DNA from: Ignavibacteria bacterium | GTDB taxonomy: Bacteria > Bacteroidota > Ignavibacteria > Kapaibacteriales > UBA2268 | NCBI GenBank assembly: GCA_037445895.1 | Contig: JBBIJO010000001.1 | Span: 74,377 to 138,376 of the forward strand | Length of the DNA: 64,000 bases | Direction: 5' to 3' | Program-made: the position numbers and the translations under genes | Shown here: positions 56,986 to 64,000 of the stretch, one piece after another | Layout of the letters: every line of letters begins with the position of its first letter | Position numbering within the stretch: position 1 is the stretch's first letter | The notes under the pieces: generated by a model | Told to the model about the DNA's origin: nothing | Database searches by the model: none | Seen by the model: only the letters and a program-made list of their open reading frames with translations

Positions 56986-59900
56986 TTACTTGGCTATCGT
57001 AATAGAAATTCCACCAACATAGGAGCCAGACTCGAGTTTACAATAATACACGCCCGAGGGCAATGTTAGTCGCGTCGCATCGATTGTTAACTCGTAGATA
57101 CCCGCTTTGAGATTTCCATCGAGGAAAGTTGCAACTTTTTCGCCATAAGCATTCCAAAGTGTTATTCTTGTCTGTCCATCGAAAGCAATCCCATAAGGTA
57201 TTGTTCCTGACGTTTGAATAGGATTCGGCATAGAACTAGTGATAAAGTATTGGTTGGTGGCAATTTCAATTAATCGTGCATTATTAACACAAACAGGACT
57301 AATGTAAATATCACCGGGTAATGTATCGACCAATACATATCCGGAAGCTGGCAAATTCATCACTTGAAAGTCAACGGGCAATGGAACAATATCCAAATCA
57401 CTTAAATAAGTATCCATCTTAAATTTCAACAAAGTCCCGAAGTCCTTCAAGTATTTATCCTTCGAGCTAAAGTGGACTTGTAAAATGCTTTTATCGATAA
57501 CCGTGGCATATTCGCAATCCCAACCTTCCGACAAAGTTCCCGAAGTCGTCAAACTATTGCAATCTTGGACATCAGGATAAACATCTTGGACATCTAATCT
57601 GCCTTCGGACTTAAAGAACACTCGTACTTTGAAATCATTGATAGCGGCTTCGGAAAGTAGCTTAGTTTCCTCTGGATGTTTTTCGAGAAGCACCTCAATT
57701 TCTACTTTTTGTCCAGGCAAAGCAGTGTATTTGCCCTTAGGAATTCGAGCAATAAGTTTATAAACCATACCGCTCCCAATCAATTGGGAATAAACGGTTC
57801 CGGATTCTCCCGATTCAGTAGTATAATTATAAGCAATCCACATCATATAATTTTTTACTTCGGAAGGTCTAAATTTAGCGAATATCCAAAGTTTGTCGTT
57901 GGGTTGCAGTATGAATGGAGGCTCGTCTGGAATCTCGACATCGTTAAGCATCAACTTTTCAATGGTGAAATTGTTATAGTCTCCCGAAAGACTCTGACCT
58001 ATGCTCGAAGTAATAGTAATAGGTTCACTACCAAGATTGGTAACATAAACTGAACCATCTTTCGAAGTCGTAATGAAAATAGTCTTGTAATCGTAGTTTG
58101 TCGTAGTTATACCTTCGGCATAAGCATAACCAATCAGTTCGCCAACAACTTGGTCTGGGGCATCACTTTCGGGAACCAATTGAGCTCGGAAAGTTCCAGC
58201 TCTCGTGGGTTTAAACGTTACAGGAATATTCCAGTTACCTCCAATATTGATGAGTTTAGGCGTCGAAGGATTAAGGTATTGGTCTTCGATTACAAATGCG
58301 TCTTTGTCTGGTCCCTCGAGACGAATCTTAAACACAGTCAAATCCATAGCAGTCAATGGATTAATAGTAACGTGGGATACAACAGCATTGCCATTCGAGG
58401 TGGTATTAACTTGAATCTTGGGAAACGTGTAGCCAACTATGTTAATGTGCGGTAAAATACCAATTCCGTGCAACCTACCTTCAACTTCCATCGTCTTGTC
58501 GGAAAATCTACCAACAAGAACAATCTTTGCTGTATATTCCTTTTCTTCTTTGGGTGCAAACCAAACAGTCAACGGGACTGGGTTATCGGGCGAGAGTTGC
58601 AATGGAGCATTTTGAGAATCGAAGCTAAACACTCCATCTGGGTCTTCATCAATACGAATTTGCATCACATCAACTTTTGCATTGCCAATAGCATTAATTG
58701 TGACGCTTCCTTCATATTTATCGGTTCCAGCATATTGGTCAATGATTCGTTTTCGCATCCAGTCATATCCTGTAATGGTTGGTCCAGCCTCTAATCCCAT
58801 TCCATCCCAATCCGAATATGGTTTAACTTTCGTTGCGTTACAAACAAAATCGCATCGAGTTGAATGAACTACACCCGGAACATCTGCCTTATAATATACG
58901 GTGAAAGTATGATTCGTATTTGGTTGGAGCGTTAACGGTAAAGGTAAAGTAGATTCATCGAGACGGAAATGTTGCTTGTCTGGATAGTCATAAGATGTTA
59001 TAACGATAGGAACCGTCCCTAAATTTTTAATTTCTACTTGACGTGGCGTTTCCTTCCCTACCGGCTGCGGTTCCCAGTGAGCATCATCAACATAGATGAT
59101 TGGTTCTCCCGTGCGTAACTCCAATCCAACAATCGTTTCTTCGTAGCACGTCAGCACTGCAATCACACTATCGTGAACTGGAATCCCCCCAAGTTCATAG
59201 CAGGTTGCTACAACTTGGAATTCTTTCGTCTCCTGTGGCGCTAATGTTGTAGGCAACTGGTTCGAAGTCAAACTAAACTCTTTCTTCCCATTCTTTAGTT
59301 TAAATTCTTTAATTGTAGCTGGTATAGAACCAGTGTTTGTTACTTTAAATTTAAGAGTCTTATTTTCGTTTAGTTGCATCAGACCAAAATCGAGAAATGT
59401 AGGCTCAGCAGAAATCAACTCGGGCTGATATTCGTATGTTCTGGTAACCGTTTGCCCAGATTTCGTAACGACAGAAACTACAGCCTTTGCCGGCTTTTTC
59501 ATATCGATTACTTCGAGCTTGAAAGTAACTGTTTTATCGCCCGCTCGGAAATTTGGGTCAATTTCTACGTCGGAATAGTTATACGAATTATTCCTATCTA
59601 ATTGAACATCGTAAATCCCAGCACAATCCGCATTAGGCGGTAGAGCCGTTCCTTTACCATTGACCGTTCCACATTCCATCTGGTCTTCGACGATTAAAGA
59701 ATCGTCGCACTGGACGTTATAATTTATACCAATTGGATACCCATAGGCAAACCCATCTTTGCTTCGGTCCCAGTTGCCATATACATAACCAGCAAAAGTA
59801 GCTTTCTGTTTGCCATCCGGTAGTATTTCACCTTTTAGATAGTGGTCTCCCGCTGCAACTTGTTCAGTAATATAAGCATATTCCGTTCCTTCGATATAAT

Positions 59901-61242
59901 TAATCGAATTCCCAAATCGCTTCGTAAACGATTGCCCATCGAAATAAAGGTATGGCAAATCCTTTGCACGGAAAGTTACTGCAACAAAGTTATCTATACC
60001 CATCGGGGAACGAAACGTTGCATAACTTGTCCATTGTGGAACAGGAGCAAGAATTAACATCATACCTTGACCATTTCTTGGGGGATTCTGTGGTTGGTCG
60101 CCAGAACCAACTTTAGGCGTAACTGGGGATAGCCACCAAGTTTTTCCATATTGGGCAACCAACACAGGTTTGCTGGACTCATAATATGCTGGGTCCTCTT
60201 GATTTGTAATCTCGTGAAATTGACCTCGTTTTAAATTAGGGCTAATTTGCTTCAAACCGCTTCCATCTTTTCGCATCTGATATATAATCGTATTATCGTA
60301 AGCAGCAACAAAACGAATCATATCGCCACGGTCGTCGGCAATTTTATCGCGTGGCCTATCGTTATACTTTACCGGACACGAAACATACTGAGTCCCAAGC
60401 ATTTCGATAGGCCACAACATCTCCAACATCATATTGCGCATAAAACTACCATTTCGACCGTAAAATGTAGCCTGATAGCGTGGAAATGCCCCCTTTGTGT
60501 GTCCAGACATTACGGCAACAGGTTTGGTTGCTTCGATATATGTTCCGGTCAAATCGGAAGAGTTGTCCTGGACTCGGCCATTATCCATCCTACCAAGAAT
60601 AAAGAAAGTTTGCCCTTTGTTAAGCTTTATAGGGTCAGAAAGCTGCCCAGCCTCGAGATTTATTGTAGCAGCAGTTGGACGATATCGAAGTGTAGTATTG
60701 TCTTCCGTAGCAATAATTAGGATTTGGGGCGGTCGAAGAAGGTTCGTCCCAAGTTTGTCCAAATAAAGATTCGCAGTAACATATTTTTGTCCAAGCCATT
60801 CGACCGGGATTACACGAAAAGCTTCACCAGTCCACTGATATGAAATATAAACTGCAACCGATGCGGGGTCTTCGGTTTTGATATGGATGCCTTTGTTGCG
60901 CACCTGTTCGTTATCAGGCTCTTTATGCATCAAAACATCGCCGAAAACAATCTGAGTAATATGGTTTGCTTGGACGCTAAAGTTTCGTTTCGAACCCGAT
61001 TCAAGGTCTTCGATATAGCCCCGAGTATTAACCTTGGAAGAAATCCAAATAGCTACTGGACCATCGCCTCGAAGTCCCTCACCGTTCGGATCCAACCAAC
61101 ATAGGGGAATACCGAACCAGAATTCTTTCCCTTCCGTTATCTCTTGCTTAGCCATTTTACCCTGCGAAAAAGCACTGGATATTGCAAAAATGGTTAATAA
61201 AAGAAGGAAGAAGACAGAGAGAATTAAGTTTTTAGGCTTCAT
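56986..61242 (-). CDS. Large secreted protein: IgGFc-binding N-terminal domain, Ig-like repeats, cohesin-like domain, T9SS-type C-terminal domain
   Basis: GGAGG RBS and signal ending AFS/Q. EGKEFW, IPVEWLGQKY, DLTGTYIEATKPVAVMSGH, LDFG repeats, and C-terminal PNP...LPSGVYYCKL. Confidence 0.75.
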   Translation of the reverse strand: MKPKNLILSVFFLLLLTIFAISSAFSQGKMAKQEITEGKEFWFGIPLCWLDPNGEGLRGDGPVAIWISSKVNTRGYIEDLESGSKRNFSVQANHITQIVFGDVLMHKEPDNEQVRNKGIHIKTEDPASVAVYISYQWTGEAFRVIPVEWLGQKYVTANLYLDKLGTNLLRPPQILIIATEDNTTLRYRPTAATINLEAGQLSDPIKLNKGQTFFILGRMDNGRVQDNSSDLTGTYIEATKPVAVMSGHTKGAFPRYQATFYGRNGSFMRNMMLEMLWPIEMLGTQYVSCPVKYNDRPRDKIADDRGDMIRFVAAYDNTIIYQMRKDGSGLKQISPNLKRGQFHEITNQEDPAYYESSKPVLVAQYGKTWWLSPVTPKVGSGDQPQNPPRNGQGMMLILAPVPQWTSYATFRSPMGIDNFVAVTFRAKDLPYLYFDGQSFTKRFGNSINYIEGTEYAYITEQVAAGDHYLKGEILPDGKQKATFAGYVYGNWDRSKDGFAYGYPIGINYNVQCDDSLIVEDQMECGTVNGKGTALPPNADCAGIYDVQLDRNNSYNYSDVEIDPNFRAGDKTVTFKLEVIDMKKPAKAVVSVVTKSGQTVTRTYEYQPELISAEPTFLDFGLMQLNENKTLKFKVTNTGSIPATIKEFKLKNGKKEFSLTSNQLPTTLAPQETKEFQVVATCYELGGIPVHDSVIAVLTCYEETIVGLELRTGEPIIYVDDAHWEPQPVGKETPRQVEIKNLGTVPIVITSYDYPDKQHFRLDESTLPLPLTLQPNTNHTFTVYYKADVPGVVHSTRCDFVCNATKVKPYSDWDGMGLEAGPTITGYDWMRKRIIDQYAGTDKYEGSVTINAIGNAKVDVMQIRIDEDPDGVFSFDSQNAPLQLSPDNPVPLTVWFAPKEEKEYTAKIVLVGRFSDKTMEVEGRLHGIGILPHINIVGYTFPKIQVNTTSNGNAVVSHVTINPLTAMDLTVFKIRLEGPDKDAFVIEDQYLNPSTPKLINIGGNWNIPVTFKPTRAGTFRAQLVPESDAPDQVVGELIGYAYAEGITTTNYDYKTIFITTSKDGSVYVTNLGSEPITITSSIGQSLSGDYNNFTIEKLMLNDVEIPDEPPFILQPNDKLWIFAKFRPSEVKNYMMWIAYNYTTESGESGTVYSQLIGSGMVYKLIARIPKGKYTALPGQKVEIEVLLEKHPEETKLLSEAAINDFKVRVFFKSEGRLDVQDVYPDVQDCNSLTTSGTLSEGWDCEYATVIDKSILQVHFSSKDKYLKDFGTLLKFKMDTYLSDLDIVPLPVDFQVMNLPASGYVLVDTLPGDIYISPVCVNNARLIEIATNQYFITSSMPNPIQTSGTIPYGIAFDGQTRITLWNAYGEKVATFLDGNLKAGIYELTIDATRLTLPSGVYYCKLESGSYVGGISITIAK

Positions 61243-61683
61243 AATGCCTCCTTATTTTTATAAAATATATTAGACATAAATTTTTCCATTTTCCATTTAC
61301 TAATATAATAAAATATTTCTAAATTAAAAACATAAATTACAAAAAAATATTTTTTTAAAAATTTTTTATATGCCATAAATTTTTACATTAATTTTATGTT
61401 GATTTCCATTTCACAATTTTTCAACATTTTCAACATTCACTTAAAACAATAACAAAAGAATTCCTATTTTGTTACAATGGTAAAAAAATTATATTTAATA
61501 ATAGGGAATACAATGTAAATGTTAGTTAAATTATTTTAGACTACAAATCGTTCTATTCTTAAAGTTCTTATTTATACTATTTTTGAATCTATTAATTTTG
61601 CAAAATCCCAAGGATATAGAAGTTTTTTTATTTCGTTTTTTATTATTAATTTTGTGTTTTTATTATTAATTGTTTTAAACAAT

Positions 61684-61860
61684 ATGGCTAAACAACAGAC
61701 ATTTGCCGATAAGGTTAAAAAGAAAGTCCGAACCGACGAAGGCTTCAACGTCAAGGTTATCAAAGGTTATCGTACACCACAAGGCACTCTTCGCTTCTTT
61801 TCTAAATTTGTTCGAGTAATGGACCTAAACGAACTAAATAAAGTAGATATTAGAGAATAA
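61684..61860 (+). CDS. Small basic protein, DUF4295/bL38-like candidate ribosomal protein
   Basis: MAKQQTFADK...VKVIKG...G..RF pattern resembles Bacteroidota DUF4295 (bL38). First gene of an r-protein cluster. Confidence 0.5.
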   Translation: MAKQQTFADKVKKKVRTDEGFNVKVIKGYRTPQGTLRFFSKFVRVMDLNELNKVDIRE

Positions 61861-61877
61861 ACAAGTTGAAATGATAT

Positions 61878-62114
61878 ATGAAAAAAGGAATTCATCCATA
61901 CTACCATACCGTAGAAATCGTTATGACCGATGGTAGTAAATTTAAAACTCGGTCTTGCTACAAAAACGATCGTCTTGTTCTTGAAATCGATTCGAAATCT
62001 CACCCTTTCTTCACTGGGAAACAAGTTTTGGTTGATACTGCTGGACGAGTTGACCGATTCCAAAAACGTCTCGAAAAAAGCAAGTTGCTCCAAGAACAAA
62101 GGAGGAAAAAATGA
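61878..62114 (+). CDS. rpmE: 50S ribosomal protein bL31 (no zinc-ribbon motif)
   Basis: [30 protein letters not shown]. Confidence 0.95.
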   Translation: MKKGIHPYYHTVEIVMTDGSKFKTRSCYKNDRLVLEIDSKSHPFFTGKQVLVDTAGRVDRFQKRLEKSKLLQEQRRKK

Positions 62115-62374
62115 ACGCAATACATCCGATGCTTTCTCCTTCTGCAACAAAGAAACAGAAAACATACAAGAAAAAGGTAAATCCTTATAAAAACGTCGAG
62201 GTTTTTGATTATCTCGATTATAAGTCATTAGAAAAATTCATTAATGATCAAGGTAAAATGCTTCCGAGGAGGATTACCGGGGTTACAGCAAAACAACAAA
62301 GGCAAATCGCAAATGCTGTAAAATATGCTCGACATCTTGCGTTATTGCCCTATGTTGCACAAGATATTGCATAA
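62111..62374 (+). CDS. rpsR: 30S ribosomal protein bS18 (Cys-free)
   Basis: [36 protein letters not shown] overlap with rpmE. Confidence 0.93.
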   Translation: MNAIHPMLSPSATKKQKTYKKKVNPYKNVEVFDYLDYKSLEKFINDQGKMLPRRITGVTAKQQRQIANAVKYARHLALLPYVAQDIA

Positions 62375-62403
62375 AAAATTCTAATATAAGCCTTATATTT
62401 TCT

Positions 62404-62434
62404 AAAAGGGGAAATGTTAAAATCTCCCCTTTTT
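62404..62434. terminator. Bidirectional terminator between rpsR and ruvC
   Basis: AAAAGGGGA-12 nt-TCCCCTTTT between convergent genes. Confidence 0.65.
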
Positions 62435-62981
62435 ATTCATAAATTTTTTCAGGATTTTCTTCGATATACTCTTTCCAGCTTTTTGGTTTTGTTCGCCCGA
62501 GGTTGAACTGCTTTGTTTTCGACCAATGGCATAAAGCAACCGCTAACGCATCGCTTATATCAAAAAAATTACCGGAAAGATTCAGATTTAAAATCGAAGA
62601 TACCATAAAACTCACACTCTTTTTTGTTGCATTACCATTTCCTGTAACAGCCTGCTTAACTTGGCGAGGTGAATATTCATACACAGGAAGATTTTTATTA
62701 ACAGATGCTAAAATTGCCGATGTCCTTGCTTGGGTCAATTTTATAAGGGACTGTGCATTTTTCGAATAAAACTGATTTTCGACTACTACTTCATCGACTT
62801 TATAGTCCTCAATTAATGCTTCAATTTGTGTATAAATAAACTTCAGCCGTGTAAGAAAATCATTAGTCGCTTTTTTAGGTTCGATAACACCAAATGATAA
62901 AACCTTTAGAAGCTCTTTATCAATTTGGATAAGTCCATAGCCACAACGAATCGAACCGGGGTCAATTCCTAAAACTACCAT
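62433..62981 (-). CDS. ruvC: Holliday junction resolvase RuvC
   Basis: VLGIDPG, VVE, EYSPRQVKQAVTGNGNATK, DISDALAVALCH. Confidence 0.96.
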   Translation of the reverse strand: MVVLGIDPGSIRCGYGLIQIDKELLKVLSFGVIEPKKATNDFLTRLKFIYTQIEALIEDYKVDEVVVENQFYSKNAQSLIKLTQARTSAILASVNKNLPVYEYSPRQVKQAVTGNGNATKKSVSFMVSSILNLNLSGNFFDISDALAVALCHWSKTKQFNLGRTKPKSWKEYIEENPEKIYE

Positions 62982-62982
62982 A

Positions 62983-63744
62983 TCAGCTTTGCTCTCGTTC
63001 TATTTGCGAAAGAACTTCGTCGGTAAATTCGTAATTGCCATACACATTTTGGACGTCTTCTAAATCTTCGAGCATATCGAAAAACTTTAATACCTTTTTT
63101 GCATCATTAATATTATTAATTTTTATAGTTGTTTTTGGAATATATTCATAATTGGATTCAAGTATTTTTATGTTTTTGGTTTCAAAGAATCTGTAACAAA
63201 AATTGAGATTCTCGAATCCACAAATTATTCGTGTTCGTTCTTCATCGTATTCCATATCTTCGCAACCCGCTTCGAGAACCATTTCTAAAATTTGCTCCTC
63301 TGTCCTACCGTTCGTCTCGATATACAATACCCCCTTTCTTTCAAAATTCCACATAACGGAACCTGGTTCTCCAATATTTCCTCCCAACTTACCCATTTCG
63401 GAGCGGATTACTGGATATGTTCTATTTCGATTATCAGTAATTGTTTCGACTATCACAGCAACCCCAAGCGGAGCATAGCCTTCGTAGACAATTTCCTCAT
63501 AAGATTCACCTTGAATTTCCCCCGTGCCACGTTGAATAGCTCGTTTAATATTTTCCATTGGCATATTTTCTGCCCTTGCGTTCTGGATTGCTAAACGTAA
63601 TCGCGGGTTTGCTTCGGGGTCCCCCCCACCTTCGCGTGCAGAAATTGTAATCTCTTTGGCAAGGCGGGTAAAGAGTTTACCCCTTTTGGCATCTTTCGCT
63701 GCTTTCTTATGCTTAATATTTGCCCATTTACTGTGGCCCGACAT
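62983..63744 (-). CDS. yebC: YebC/PmpR family protein
   Basis: MSGHSKWANIKHKK, NPRLR, YEGY, TDNRNRT, DVQNVY. Confidence 0.96.
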   Translation of the reverse strand: MSGHSKWANIKHKKAAKDAKRGKLFTRLAKEITISAREGGGDPEANPRLRLAIQNARAENMPMENIKRAIQRGTGEIQGESYEEIVYEGYAPLGVAVIVETITDNRNRTYPVIRSEMGKLGGNIGEPGSVMWNFERKGVLYIETNGRTEEQILEMVLEAGCEDMEYDEERTRIICGFENLNFCYRFFETKNIKILESNYEYIPKTTIKINNINDAKKVLKFFDMLEDLEDVQNVYGNYEFTDEVLSQIEREQS

Positions 63745-64000
63745 TAATCCCTCATTATTTAACCAAAAGAATATACAAAATTAGTGAAATTTGTTGACAA
63801 TATTGACTTTATTGTTCATCATAATGACATTCGAACGAAAACAATATTAGGTAAAATCCAAACCTAAATGGAAAGAATTCTAACTTTTGGAGCATTGTTC
63901 GGCAAAGCAACAATTTCCACTCGAATGACCCGGATTTTTCATTTCATTTATGAATGTTATGCTCCAGTCAATTCAATACTATTTATTAATTTGCTTTTTT

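Noticed and set aside
61509-61517. TACAATGTA palindrome as a BlaI/CopY or Zur operator
   Set aside because: Spacing differs from TACA-NN-TGTA, and such a short palindrome is expected by chance in AT-rich DNA.
164-63594. Many 60-160 aa antisense or alternate-frame ORFs (e.g. 4048-4500, 10515-10883, 31734-32219, 60247-60720, 61767-62228)
   Set aside because: They overlap well-supported genes, carry no recognisable motifs, and look like shadow ORFs.
63868-64000. ORF start running off the right edge (MERILTFG...)
   Set aside because: Too short and featureless to support a call.

Overview
This is an AT-rich (roughly one-third GC by eye) core-chromosome segment from an FCB-group bacterium, most consistent with Ignavibacteriota/Ca. 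Kapabacteria. The evidence is T9SS-type C-terminal sorting domains, Gln at +1 after signal peptides, TAnnTTTG promoter elements and an flhF-flhG-fliA cluster. Most genes are housekeeping: rsmA, tadA, rsmI, tmk, tRNA-Ser, rtcB+archease, dtd, pcrA/uvrD, lpxK, split transketolase, recR/ybaB, pspA, pyrC, gyrA, purL, an RND efflux operon, hydG, rpmE, rpsR, ruvC and yebC. Two large paralogous IgGFc-binding/Ig-repeat secreted proteins are also present. I see no prophage, IS, integron or CRISPR array. The strongest leads are: (i) a Memo-AMMECR1 (AmrB-AmrA) fusion with an apparent Sec signal peptide; (ii) a bL38-like/bL31/bS18 cluster without zinc-ribbon motifs; (iii) an RND pump lacking the canonical proton-relay aspartates; (iv) four DnaA-box-like 9-mers at exact 11-bp phase upstream of an AlbA_2 gene; (v) sigma54-type promoters in front of flhF and a distant TPR lipoprotein; (vi) TCGA enrichment with GATC depletion, plus intragenic AT islands. 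All calls come from motif recognition by eye and no database search was run.
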